Assembly (NCBI GenBank): GCA_025558095.1
Contig: JAIVFI010000041.1
Location: 124,001-188,000, forward strand
Direction: 5' to 3'
From: Hyaloraphidium curvatum SAG 235-1
Lineage: Eukaryota > Fungi > Monoblepharomycota
Length of the DNA: 64,000 nucleotides
Shown here: positions 1 through 11,182 of the stretch, in pieces
Layout: every line of letters starts with the position of its first letter
How positions within the stretch are numbered: the first letter of the stretch is position 1
Notes under the pieces: generated by a model
What the model saw: the letters and a program-made list of their open reading frames with translations, nothing else
Told to the model about the DNA's origin: nothing
Databases searched by the model: none
Made by a program: the position numbers and the translations under genes

Positions 1-1305
1 GATCCGGTCCGCCGACATGGGCCCCGCGAGCCGCTCGGCGTTGGCCCGATCGGCGAGCGCGGCGGGGTCCAGACCGGGCGGTGGCGCGGCGCCGAGGTGC
101 TCGACGACCTCGAAGGAGCCGGGGACCACGCGCGCGCCGGACTTTTGGAGCTCCGAGAGTGCGGCGAGGCGGTCCAGGCGCTCCTGCTCCTTTTCCCGCT
201 CGGCCTGGCGGCGCGCCGACGAAAAGGGCAGCGTCCAGGACGGGGATTTGCGGTGTTGCTGCTTGCGGGGCGGGCTGGCCGGGCGCGAGGGGAAGGTCGG
301 GGCGTGCTGCGGGTACGGCGGGGTTTCCACCGGCGGGGGCGGCGACGGCGAGAGCGAAAGCGTGGGGATGATTGGCGGCGGGGTCGCCGACGAAGGCGGG
401 GTGCTCGCGGGCGAGGCGCTTCCCGGCGGGCGCAGGGTGCGCGGCTCGGGCGCCGTGTCGGCGTGCGATATCAGCCTGTCGGCGGTGTCCAGGAGCACCA
501 GCTCGGGCGAGATGCGCTGCGGCTCGGTGAAGCTGATTTTGAGGCGCGAGAGGTCCGGCGCCGAGGCCACGGAATGGACCGACGGCGGCGGCGAGGGGGA
601 AGGGTCGCACCGGCCCATCGACGGCGACGGTGCGCGCAATCGCGTCCCGGACAATGTGACTGCGGTGGCGCTGGCTGCGGCCGACGGCCTCCTGCGCGGG
701 TCCGAGCCCGGCAGGTCCGCGACCAGGTGCGCGACCGGGCCCGGGCAGCCCCGCCAGAACCACTGCAGCTCGACGCGGCAGCCGCCCCACTGCGCGCGCA
801 GCGGGAACAGCAGCGACTCGTGCTCCGCGCGGGCGACGGCGACTGCGCGGCGCAGGTTGTCGTCGAGCGGCGCGGCGGCGAGCAGCGCCTCGAGGCGGGC
901 GAGGCGCGGGGCGAGCAGCGCGCGCGTGCGGCGGATGTCGAAGTCGAGCGACACGCGCGGCCGCGGCGGCGGGAGGAGGCGGCGGGCCGTCAAAACGTAC
1001 GGCAGCCGGAGGAGCTCGCCGGGCAGCGCGGGCACCGGCAGCAGCGAGTCCGCGGGGGCGTCCCCGGCCGGGTCGCCGCCCTCCCCCGCCGGTGCGCCCG
1101 CCAGGAAGACGAGGTCGACGCGCAGGAACGTCGCGCCGTCGCGCAGCAGCCCGTCCTCGAACGCGTCGCGCGCAGGCGCGTGCAGCGCGCGGCAAGTCCC
1201 GGACAGCGCGAGCAGCCCCGGCGGACGCAGCCGCCGCAGCACGCGCGCGAGCACCGGCGCCGGCAGCGACAGAAGCCCCGGCGCGGGGGGCGCCTCGTCG
1301 GCCAT
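1..1305 (-). CDS. F-box-like protein with Pro/Ser-rich C-terminal region (runs off the window start)
   Basis: Manual translation from the ATG at 1305 gives MADEAPPAPGLLSLPAPVLARVLRRLRPPGLLALSGTCRALH, an F-box-like LxxLPxxhLxxhhxxL...hSxTCRxh pattern. The frame is open to position 1, so it is absent from the ORF track. Confidence 0.6.
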   Translation of the reverse strand, partial: MADEAPPAPGLLSLPAPVLARVLRRLRPPGLLALSGTCRALHAPARDAFEDGLLRDGATFLRVDLVFLAGAPAGEGGDPAGDAPADSLLPVPALPGELLRLPYVLTARRLLPPPRPRVSLDFDIRRTRALLAPRLARLEALLAAAPLDDNLRRAVAVARAEHESLLFPLRAQWGGCRVELQWFWRGCPGPVAHLVADLPGSDPRRRPSAAASATAVTLSGTRLRAPSPSMGRCDPSPSPPPSVHSVASAPDLSRLKISFTEPQRISPELVLLDTADRLISHADTAPEPRTLRPPGSASPASTPPSSATPPPIIPTLSLSPSPPPPVETPPYPQHAPTFPSRPASPPRKQQHRKSPSWTLPFSSARRQAEREKEQERLDRLAALSELQKSGARVVPGSFEVVEHLGAAPPPGLDPAALADRANAERLAGPMSADRI

Positions 1306-2235
1306 GCGTCCGCGAATGCCCGACGGAGGCCCGACCACCTGCTGCGAACCATCACATGTGCGGACCCCCGGCCGGCGGCCCTCCGAAACCCAGCATCTCA
1401 CTTACTGCACGTTTCTGCAACATCGGTACGAGGTCCGGCACGGGGCTCGCGGAATGGACGGCCACCGGGGCCCGCATTCACGCGAAAGCCCCACAAAATC
1501 CGGAGTCTCATCGCGGTCTCGGTCCGAGCCCTGTCCCATAGCTCGGCCATCGAGCTTCCGAGGCAAAGAAGCAGGAGACACGGGGCGGCCGGATGTCAAA
1601 TGGGCCGCTAAAGCGCTCGCAATGCGGCCCGCGATTCTCCTGCAGAGCCGCTGTGGCAAAAGACCGCTTCCTCGCGGGGAGCTCCCGCCCTGCCCTGTAT
1701 CCGCATCGCGAGGACCGCCGGAGCCAGCGACGCATAGTCGCACACAAACGATGCGTTGCGACGGGGAACCCGCGAGGGATTGCCGCCGCGGGCGAACTAA
1801 ACTGTTTCGGGTGCCAGGGAGCCGCCCTAGACCGCATGGCCGCAGCAGCTTGCTCCCGGGTTTATGCATCGCACGGCGCCAAGTCCGGTAGGAGTTCGTG
1901 GATTGAAACTTTAGCTCTGCTTGCCATCAGGCTTTCCCCCGGTTCGCTGCAATTCTTCAATGTCGGCGGGTTCCTGTGGCGGGCTTCGGGTCTCGAGACG
2001 AATCGGCGACTTCAGCGAAAGCCACCGCATGGGGTGCGGAATCCGACCGACTTCAAGTCGATAATGGTATACAAAAGAAGTCTCGCAGCAATCTGTGGCC
2101 GTCTGCGGCGATATTGAGGCGAGCCGTGCACGCGGAGGGAACCGACGGGCACTGGCCCACCAAGGTGGGTGAAACTTCTCCTTCGCCTCACTCAAATCCA
2201 ACTTACGATTCACACACTCGCGACAACTCCGAGCC

Positions 2236-3299
2236 ATGCCCCGCACCTTCCCGCAACCCGCCGGCCCCCCCGCTGCGCCGCAGTGGCCGGCGTGGGCCAC
2301 GCACGCGCCGCCGCCGCGCCCGACTGGGCCCGGCCCGCCCGTCGCGCACGTCGGCCCCCGCGCGCAGACGCCCGCGCCGCCCGCCCCGCTCTCGCCCGCC
2401 TCGCCGCAGTCGCCGACGAACTCGTTCGGCTCCGCATCGACGTGGTGGCAGCCGGGCGCCGCCGGCGCGGCTTTCCCCGGCTCCCCGGCCGCCGCGACAC
2501 TCGGCCGCTCGCTGCCCCCGACGCCCCCGCCGCCCGCCATCCCCGACAGCGGCCCCGTCGCCGTGCTGTACTCGGACGAGGCGCGCAGGCCGCGCTTCCT
2601 GTTCCGCCGCAAGGACAGGGTCGACGCCCAGCTCCGCGACCTCGATGCGGACGTCGCAAAGGCCGCGGACGTCAAGTACTCCAAGGACTTCCTCAGCAAG
2701 CACTCCAACTACGTCATGGCACGCGAGGGCAGGCGTGGGGACTTCAGGGGCTCCGAGGGCCAGTGTGGGTTGCTCCGTGGCTTCATCTCCGCATGTCACT
2801 GACCTTTCTCCGCCGTTGCAGGGATCTACTACGTGGGTGCCTCGCAAGGCCCCCTCGCCCGTGACTGGCAGACCTGCTGACACCCCTTTCCTCGCAGAAC
2901 AAGGTCAACGCGCGCATGCTGGCCTTTGCCCACCTCAACCCGGACCTCGTGAAGGAAATGGACAAGCCCGAGCTGACCGAGCTCGCCGACGCCTTCCTCA
3001 AGGCCACCGGCGAGGCGCCTCCCCAGGGCCCCCGCCGCCGCCGCGCCAAGTCCGCCGGCATCGGCCCGCGCGGCGGCCCCGCGGGCGGCGCGGGCGGCGC
3101 GGGCAAGCGCGGGCGCAAGAGCCGCAGGACGAGCACGGACGAGGGCAGCCTGCCCGACGTGGAGCGCTCCGAGTCGACCCCGGCGGTTGAGGCGCCGTTC
3201 CCGGGTGCAAGGGAGGAGAGGCCGTGGTACCTGTCGGGCAGGCTGGGCTTTGTGGGCGGCAACTTTGTCGTGCTGCCGGGGTCCGGCCACACGCTGTGA
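2236..3299 (+). CDS. Hypothetical Pro-rich protein, 3 exons (about 2236-2734, 2822-2832, 2898-3299)
   Basis: ORFs 2236..2802 and 2916..3299 join through GT..AG introns around an 11-nt exon, giving ...MAREGRR-IYY-NKVNARMLAF... Codon usage looks coding. Confidence 0.55.
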
Positions 3300-4120
3300 T
3301 GCGGGCCGGTTCCCGCTCAGAACGGGTGGACAGGAAACTCTTGGCAAGGTGGACGGCGGGAGGTGTACAGGCGACAGGTTCCCCCGAGCATGGGGACCTG
3401 GGCGTGGACGGCGAAAAGCTCCGACGCGGTTGCACAGGCGGTGTGATTGATACCAGTCAGGCGTTGATTCTGTATGGCTGAAAAATGGGCATTGCAGCGT
3501 TGCAGACAATCGGGAGGCGGTCGCGGCCATGTCCTCCTTCGCTTCGACAAGCACATCCTCGGCCGGCAGCTTCTATCCAGCGCCATGGACCATCTGGTGC
3601 CGTTTTGCTGAGCTTCGAGCGACGCGCGGTCACGCCTTGATGGACGGTCTGGCAAAGCGGCAGCTCTCCGCGTTCCGTCGGGCCCGGGGCAGGGGAAGCG
3701 AGCGCTGGAGGGACCTCGATCAGCACCGATTGACTTGTGCGGCCGATTGGCCGTCCCTACGAGCTGGATGGCCATCGGATCGCCGGCACTCGGGAGCGCA
3801 TACTGGGGGACTAGGTTCGGACGGACGAGGATACACACAGTTTGGAGTCGGCACCGCTTCATCCGCAGCTCTTCTGCTCGGCACAAGTGGGCACGTAACG
3901 AAGGAGGTCTGTGAGGCGGTAGGGATGTCGGCTCCGAGGACGTTCGAAGGGACCATTCGAAGGGACCTTTTCGGGGGAGCGGTCATCCCGAAGGTCCCTA
4001 CGGCCCGAGTTCAAAAGGACGCGCTCCCCCCCCCACCATCCTCCATCCACCCGTCCACCCAACAGACCAGCGCCGCCAGGCGCGCGCTGTCTGGTCTGAT
4101 CTGACCTCCCCTCCCTCCAG

Positions 4121-5379
4121 GTGGCCCAACAACCTCACCCTCGATGCCGACTCGGGCTACATCAGCCTGCCCGGCTACACCGGAACCGTCGAGATCAACT
4201 CGTACACCCTGCCCACCTGCGTCAAGACCGACGGCTCTTCCAGCACGGCCTTCACGACCCAGGACTTCTGCTACCAGAACGGCCAGCTGAAGATCGCCAT
4301 CGGCGACGTGTGCAACGTCGGCGGCACCTACGCCTTCAACTTCGATACGAACTGCTTCCCCGGCGCGGCAAACACGAATACCTGCACGGGCAAGGTGCTC
4401 ACGGCCAACGCCCTCATCGGCACGCCCAACGCCTCGGGCGCCCTCGAGCTCGACCTCTGCAACGCCCTGCTGAACACGGTCGCCTCGGTCACCGGCGTGA
4501 TGGTTGCGGACAAGCCCCAGGGCTACTTCTTCGGCGACACCGTCCTGCTCACGGCCACCTTCACCTCGCCCGACCTGCCCATCTACGAGGCCCGCCTGAC
4601 CAAGATGATCCTCGGCCGCAACAAGGTCGAGCGCACGCCCAACATCGGCGCCGCCACCACCGTCACGCGCAATGTGAACACCACGCTCGTCGACTCGGCC
4701 GCCGGCCCCGCCGCCGTCGGTGCCCTCTCGACCCTCGCGGTGAACACCAACTTCACGTACCTGCCCACGGCCGACCCGAACGTCGTGGAGATGAAGGTCA
4801 CGCCCAACATGCTGCCCAAGCAGGCCGGCGTCGATTTCAACGACGAGTCGTTCCTGACCACGGACGACTTTGACTCGATCACCGTGAGTAGCTTACGGAT
4901 GCGGGCCGCACTCGATCGGTCGCTCACACACCTCCTCCCTCCAGGACTACACCTTCTACGCCACCTTCCGCATCTACTTCGACCAGCAGTCCGCCTCCGG
5001 CCAGCGCCGCCGCCGTCTCCTCGCCCGTGACGTGCAGGTGCCCGCCCCGGCCCTCCGTCAGACGACCACGAGCAACCAGAACGCCAATGCCGCCCTGACG
5101 GTGCCGCCGAACCCGAACGCGGTGCAGACCCAGCCCACCACCGCCCCGGTCGCCCCCGTCGCCCAGCCCGCCGCGGCCACCTCGTCGAACGAGGCCCTCG
5201 TCATCGCCGCCATCGTCATCGGCACCCTCGCCCTGCTGGCCGCCTGCTGCACCCTCATCGTGCTGCTCGCCATGCGCCGCAAGGACAAGAAGCGCGAGGA
5301 GGAGGACGCCTTCATCCGCCAGAGGCTCGTGCAGGGGCTCGACGCCAAGGCGCCCGCGTGGGGCACCGCCTCGGCTTGA
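4121..5379 (+). CDS. Type I membrane protein: beta/Cys-rich ectodomain, RRRR site, Pro/Thr stalk, C-terminal TM; 5' exon not identified
   Basis: Acceptor ctccag at 4120; frame WPNNLTLDADSGYISLPG...DFDSIT. An intron at about 4884-4945 is followed by DYTFYATFRIYFDQQSASGQRRRRLL, then TM ALVIAAIVIGTLALLAACCTLIVLLAM and stop-transfer RRKDKKR. Confidence 0.7.
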
Positions 5380-5632
5380 GCATTTTTTGGGGAGGGGAAA
5401 AGGGCCGCAGCCCGTGATCGGGCAATCTAGTGTAGACACCCGAGTTCAAAACTGCAATGCCTTGAACGTACTTTCCTGCTTCGAGCCCCGTCCGATGTCC
5501 AGTCACGCGCACGGTGGATGCAAAAAGCCCAGGAGAGAACAGACAAGGGTGCAATCCGCGTAAACGTAGGTGTCGAACAAGTCTTAAAATTGAACTCTCC
5601 TACAAACATCATGCGAATCACGCGGTTCGCAA

Positions 5633-6524
5633 CTAAGGCCTGGCACGAGCTTGAACGGTGGCGCGGATGTAGGCGAAAAAGGCCTCCTCGTCAAAGAGCT
5701 CGACAGCTTGGCCGCGAAGCATCTTGGACCAGTTGCGGGCGCTGACGATGAACAAAGGCAGGCGCCCGAGGCCGTTGGCCTGACGGCTGTTTTCGACCTG
5801 CGAACGGAGCGCCCGCTTGGCCTGCTCGACCGTGGTAATGCTGGGATCGTCCTCCAGGAGTGCATCGAGGTCAATGTCGGCCTTGGTCCAGACGATGCCG
5901 ACGGTCCGGTTGAACTCCGCGGCGCCCGTGGCGACGTCGTTGGCCACCTCCATCAGGCGGTTCGCCGAGACGAGGAAGATGGCATCGAAGGCATCTGCAA
6001 AGCACGTCAGAGCCCGCAAGCGGAGGTGCACAGGAGTGGAACCCACAGAGCTTCTTGTCGGCAAAGTAGGTCGCGGCGGGGTGGTTTACCGTCCCGGCGC
6101 CGGGAATGCCCCAAATCTTGAGCCACGGCAGAGTCGGGTGCGAGTACACTTGGATGTTCATCGTGGTTTCGGTGATGCCGACCGGAGCCGCGCCACGAGC
6201 CCCGTTTAGGATGCCGAGGAGCGCATTGACGAGAGAGGATTTGCCGACGCCGGAGGAGCCGCACAGGGCAATGTTGTACTGCGAGGAGCGCACACAGGAT
6301 CAGCAAGAGCGTGCCGGTGCCGGCGAAGGGAGACGCACGTAGTTCACCGGGTCAATGCCGAGAGCTTGCTGGGCTTCCGCGATGAGCTCGGCGGGGGTCT
6401 TGCCCTGGGCCGGCGCGACCTCGACGGGGCGGCTCGGCGGCTTGCTGAAGATGGAGACGAGGGTCTCGACGATCTTGAAGATAACGGGGGCGACGGGCAG
6501 GATGGCGGAAACGACGGATCCCAT
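5633..6524 (-). CDS. IRG/p47 (IIGP-like) GTPase paralog A, 3 exons
   Basis: MGSVVS N-terminus; G1 GSSGVGKSS; GITETT; G3 region IWGIPG; LYAFD across a splice junction; G4 WTKAD. Introns at 6279-6338 and about 5995-6046. Confidence 0.8.
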
Positions 6525-6621
6525 GGTTGAAGACGGTTCGTTGCTGCGCGGCGAGTGGGGCCCGCCGCTCGGCCGGCCCGGACTTTATAGTCCATTGCGC
6601 GTAGGGACCAGCCTCAACAGC

Positions 6622-6679
6622 GTCTCGCGGGTCTCAATGGGTCTCAATGCTGTCTCCAGTCTCACGGCCGCGGGGTCTC
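6622..6679. promoter_or_regulatory. Cluster of six GTCTC motifs in the bidirectional promoter between the IRG-like genes
   Basis: GTCTC starts at 6622, 6631, 6641, 6652, 6659 and 6675; three copies are GGGTCTCAA. A regulatory role is inferred from position only. Confidence 0.4.
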
Positions 6680-6752
6680 AAGGTGTCAACATTACGTCAG
6701 CACCACCGATGGGCTTCCAACGCATCGTTGCAATTCCCGCGGAACTGCAGCT

Positions 6753-7521
6753 ATGGGCAACTACCTAGGAAAGCTGAGCTATGCTGTCAGCAAGCTGGGG
6801 ATCGACTACAACAACGAAGTAGGCGCTCGCAGCGGTTCGGCCGCTTCCGCTCACCGACCGCCCCAGTTCCACGTCGCCCTCTGCGGCCCGTCCGGGACCG
6901 GCAAGTCGTCGCTGATCAACTGCATCTTGGGCCTGCGGAGCGGCGACCCCGGATCTGCCCCCGTCGGGATCACGGAAACAACGCACGAACGGAAGATGTA
7001 TACGCATCCCAAGCTTCCATTCTTCAAGGTGTGGGACCTGCCCGGCGCTGGGACACAGCACCACCCTGCATCAACCTACTTTGAAGACCAGCTCCTGTGT
7101 AGGTTGCTATCCTCGGGGGCTTCGAAGCCTGACCGCTGACGACCCACCTGCAGACGGATTCCACATGATCATCATCGTGTCGTCAAACAGGATCCTTGAA
7201 GTCGTGAACGACATCGTCAGGCACTCTGCAGGATGGCCGCCGAAGATGCTTCTGGTGTGGACCAAGGCCGACTGCGACCTTGAGTCGCTCACGGAAAACG
7301 GAGCTTCGATCGCGGATGCCAAGGCCGCTCTAAAGGCAGCTGTAAAGCGTGATTTCCAGGCCAAGGGGCTCAACGGCATCCCGATGTATGTCGTCAGCGC
7401 ACGCAACTGGTCTAGGAAGCTCCGCGGCGTCCCTGCAGAGCCCTTTGAAGAGGAACTGCTTTTGGCGCACCTCGAAGAGTCTGCCAGGAGCCGGATGCAG
7501 CGCAGGAGCAGGCGGGCATAA
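6753..7521 (+). CDS. IRG/p47 (IIGP-like) GTPase paralog B, 3 exons
   Basis: MGNYLG N-terminus; G1 GPSGTGKSS; GITETT; G3 VWDLPG; G4 WTKAD; VSARNWS shared with paralog A. It has the same two intron positions as paralog A. Confidence 0.85.
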
Positions 7522-7708
7522 AGAAGCGGATCACCTGTTTAAAGACGGGCAAATGATGCGCTTGAATGCATTGTAACGTAACACGATTGTTGGGAAGCGA
7601 CACGACTCGTTGCTGGCGTGTCGATCCGCACGTGGACACAGGGTGTCGCACTCCGCAGCCCCTTCCGTGTCATGAGGACTCGCGGCGCGCCCTCGCGACC
7701 TTCTTTCG

Positions 7709-8206
7709 ATGGAATTAGGATCTGGAGCATCATCCTTGAGGGCAAAGCGCAGGCGCAATGACGATGCGCGCCCGGAACGCGTGCTGCGCCCTCGAAGAGC
7801 CGGAGCTACTACAGGAGGGTCCGGGAGGTCGAATGGCGCCGGACGCGGACAAGAACTGGACCGCCCGACGGCAAGCTCTCTTGGCACGGTTAATGGAGCG
7901 GCCGCGGATCCCGTGGAGCGACGTGCCGAGGAGGAAAGTGCAGACACGCGACCTGTTCTCGAGGGCTCGACGGCCTTGCCAATTGAGGCCACGATCCTCC
8001 GCCTGCTGGCGGCCCGCAAGGACGGAGCCACGATCTGCCCCTCGGAAGTTGCCCGCGCGCTGGCCAAGGATTGGAGGCCGCTGATGGACCCAGTCCGAAC
8101 CGTTGCCTCGGACTTGGTCGATCGCGGACTGATTGTCGTCACGCAAAAGGGCCAGATAGTGGACTTGCGGACAGCGAAGGGGCCGATACGGCTCAGGAAG
8201 AGATAG
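7709..8206 (+). CDS. DUF3253 (winged-helix-like) domain protein
   Basis: C-terminal ATILRLLAAR..TICPSEVARAL..DWRPLMDPVRTVA..L...G.I.VTQKG.......KGPIRLR is the typical DUF3253 pattern. Start codon uncertain. Confidence 0.8.
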   Translation: MELGSGASSLRAKRRRNDDARPERVLRPRRAGATTGGSGRSNGAGRGQELDRPTASSLGTVNGAAADPVERRAEEESADTRPVLEGSTALPIEATILRLLAARKDGATICPSEVARALAKDWRPLMDPVRTVASDLVDRGLIVVTQKGQIVDLRTAKGPIRLRKR

Positions 8207-8283
8207 TTCCATTGCTTGATTGTGGTGTACGGACCAGCGCGCCCGAGCTGCGCCAAGCCATAGAATCATCACCAGTCGTTGCG

Positions 8284-9540
8284 CTACAGAACCACCGGAT
8301 GCAGCGGCATCCCTGTCCGAGCGAAGTTCGAAATGTTCGCAATCGTCGTGGAGGCAATCGCCCGCAAGGCCTCCTCGGTGAAGAACCCTTGGTGTCCCGT
8401 CACCAGAACGTTGTTGAAGGTCAGGAGCCTTGCGAAGACGTCGTCGGTGATGACCTCCGACGAGAGATCCTTGAAGAACAAAAGTTCCTCTTCCTCGTAA
8501 ACATCCATACCCAGGTAGCCGATCCGGCCCGTCTTGACGGCCTCAACAACGGCCGCGGTGTCCAGCAGCGCGCCCCGCGACGTGTTGATGATCATCGCCG
8601 TCGCCTTCATCTTCCTGAGCGCCGCGTCGTCAATGATGTGGCGCGTCTCGGGCGTTAGAGGGCAATGCAGGCTGATTATATCTGATTCCGCGAGCAGCGC
8701 GTCCAGCGGCCGGTACTCCATCCCGAGCGCAACGCACGACGGGTTCTGGTAGTGATCGAAGCCCAGCAATCGGCATCCGAACCCGGCCATTATCTTTGAG
8801 AACGCCAGGCCGATCTGTCCCGTCCCGATGACGCCGACAGTCTTTCCGTGGACATCGAATCCAAGCAGGCCATCCAAGGCAAAGTTGCCCTCGCGGGCGT
8901 GCATGAAAGCGCGGTAGATCTTTCGGTTCAGGGCCATAATCAGGGCGACAGCGTGCTCCGCCACGGCCTCGGGGCTGTAGGCGGGTACCCGGGCGACCGA
9001 GATGGAGAAATGCTTCGCGGCTTCGAGGTCCACGTGCGAGAAACCGGCCGAGCGCAGGGCAAGCAACCTAATTCCGTTGTTGGCGAGCACTTCCAGCGCC
9101 GCAGCGTCCGCGTGGTCATTAACGAAGATGCAGGCCGTACCACAGCCGTTGGCGAGGTGCGCGGAGCGGGCGTCCAAACGCTGGTCGATCCACGTGAAAG
9201 CGTGCTTCGGGCCGCCCGACTCGCGGTTCGCCGCCTGCAAGAACCGCTTATCGTAGGCCTTTGAGCTAAAGACGGCGACGCGCTGAGGCCGCACCCATTG
9301 GGAGGGTTTATTGGTGGAAGAAGAGTCGGATCCGTCTTCGCCGGCTCCTCCCTCCCCACGCCCGTGTCCTTGGTGCCCGGGCGGTCGGGGCGGGTGGTGC
9401 GTCCGCATCAGTCGCGTGTCCCAGCGAGCAGTCGCAGGCCTGAGCTCTCTCGGAGCGTGGTCGCGCGCCGCTCGGACCAACCGGCGGGACGAGCTCGGCA
9501 GCGGCGCCAGGCACCGCAGCGGCAGCGCGACCGCCCGCAT
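8284..9540 (-). CDS. ldhA: D-lactate dehydrogenase (D-2-hydroxyacid dehydrogenase), intronless, with Arg-rich N-terminal extension
   Basis: VAVFSSKAYD, FVND, LRSAGFSHVD, VPAYSPEAVAEH, GTGQIG, INTSRG, DVYEEEE and TGHQGFFTEEAL match fermentative LdhA. Start uncertain (9540 or about 9408). Confidence 0.9.
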   Translation of the reverse strand: MRAVALPLRCLAPLPSSSRRLVRAARDHAPRELRPATARWDTRLMRTHHPPRPPGHQGHGRGEGGAGEDGSDSSSTNKPSQWVRPQRVAVFSSKAYDKRFLQAANRESGGPKHAFTWIDQRLDARSAHLANGCGTACIFVNDHADAAALEVLANNGIRLLALRSAGFSHVDLEAAKHFSISVARVPAYSPEAVAEHAVALIMALNRKIYRAFMHAREGNFALDGLLGFDVHGKTVGVIGTGQIGLAFSKIMAGFGCRLLGFDHYQNPSCVALGMEYRPLDALLAESDIISLHCPLTPETRHIIDDAALRKMKATAMIINTSRGALLDTAAVVEAVKTGRIGYLGMDVYEEEELLFFKDLSSEVITDDVFARLLTFNNVLVTGHQGFFTEEALRAIASTTIANISNFARTGMPLHPVVL

Positions 9541-9770
9541 GCTTCCGATTGCGTGCCAAGCCAAGCGAATTCGGGGTTTGAACGCGCCCACGAGGGCAGA
9601 GCGCGGGGAGAGCGTCACGGCGCCTTTGTTTGGCGGCTGACTCAGTTGACGCGCCCCGTCTCCTACCGCTGCGGCTGCGGAATCCCGGTCTCATTCCGGC
9701 CCAGAAGCAACGAAATCTACATTCAGCAACATACATTACTCGGATACGATGGCAATGCACAACGATGGAA

Positions 9771-11182
9771 TCAGTCTGCGACGCGCACGTTGCCCAGCTC
9801 GACATCCAGCTCCCGAGCAAGGTCCGGCCACTGCGAGCGCCACGATCAGCGCCGAGAGCCACAAGCAGCAGTTTACGATACCCACATATCGGAGCATGGT
9901 GTGCGGGTGGTTCGTCCGCCGGTTGTACAGCAGCTTCCGCTGGGGCTGCGCGGTCTCCATCAGCTTGCTCCTCCGCGAGCCCTTCCTCGCGTCCTCGATC
10001 GCGCGCTTGGCCTCCTCCGAGAGTTCTTTCTGCTTCAGGCCCGGGATGGGCTCCAGCGGAACAGCGGGGTCGGGACCGAGGAAGCACGGGATGGAGACGC
10101 GCTTCCGCTTGGAGAGGTTGGCGTTAACGCGGTGCATCGTGGCGACCAGGTGGTCCGACGTGGCGGTAGCGAGGGAGCAGCCGACGTTGACAATCACGTG
10201 GCCCTGATGAGGATCTTCAGCCGCGGTTCCAGGTGACGACGAGCCGGGCAACCAACAGGTATAGGCGGCGCCGGGATCCACTTCCCGTCGTGGTTCATGA
10301 CCTCCAGCCCCACGTCGTCCGCGATGAGCAGCGTCAGGAACGGGTTGTAATCCCTGTGCTCGTTCAGCGCGAGCGGGCTCCCGTCCCGCGCGACCGTGAG
10401 CAGCTTCCTCCTCGCCTCGTCCGCCTGCTCCAGCGGCGTGTAGTGGATGATCCGCACGCTGACCCAGCCGTGCGGGCGATCGTCCTCGGGGTTCCAGCAC
10501 CATTTGTCCAGGGAACCCGCGGGGACGCCCAGGGATTCGCAGAGGCTGCGGTGCAGCGTGCGGTTCAGGGCGTCGCAGTTGCGGAGGTGCTCCTCGAAGG
10601 CTTCCTGGAAGCCGGGGACCTCCTTTGGCCACACGTTCGGGCCGTAGAGGACGCGCTTCCAGAGCGGCACGGACTCGTCGTCAGGCTGGTGGCCCTCGTG
10701 CCCGTAGCCGTAGTGGAACTCCTGCGACAGCTCGGCCTTCTTCGGCGGCTGCCACCCGAAGAAGTTCCGGTTCTCCTCGCTCTCCAGGAGCTTCTCCTGC
10801 GGCTGGTCGTAGAAGGCGTGGGCGAGGGCAAACAACCGCTCCTGCGAGGCTTGGTCGACTGGTCGCGTCCGGATGTCAGTTCCGGGTCGGCACGACGCTC
10901 CGTTCACCCACAGCCCTCGGCGTTCTTCAAGTAGGCGAAGCCGACGTCCGCGAGCGCGCGTCGGAGGTCCGCGAGGAACCGCGGCCTGTCGGTCTCGAGC
11001 AGAGCGAGGTCGACGACGGGCACGGACTCGAACGATGCCTGAGGAAGGGCGGGTCGAATCGCGGCGGCCGGCCCCGGCACAGCGGAAAGACGCTCACAGC
11101 CTTCGGCGACGGGTCGTCGTCGGGGACCGGAGCCATCTTCTCCGCACTCTGGGTCGTTGGGAGACGATGGTGGAGGTTCCAA
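9771..11182 (-). CDS. 2-oxoglutarate/Fe(II) dioxygenase (IPNS/DIOX family), multi-exon
   Basis: VPVVDL...VGFAYLKN N-terminus; GPNVWP; HRD (HxD); distal His in ATMHRV; RVS (RxS). Confidence 0.85.

Noticed and set aside
17-1891. 624-aa and 504-aa plus-strand ORFs
   Set aside because: Arg/Gly/Ser-rich shadow frames antisense to the F-box-like gene; long spurious ORFs are expected at this GC content.
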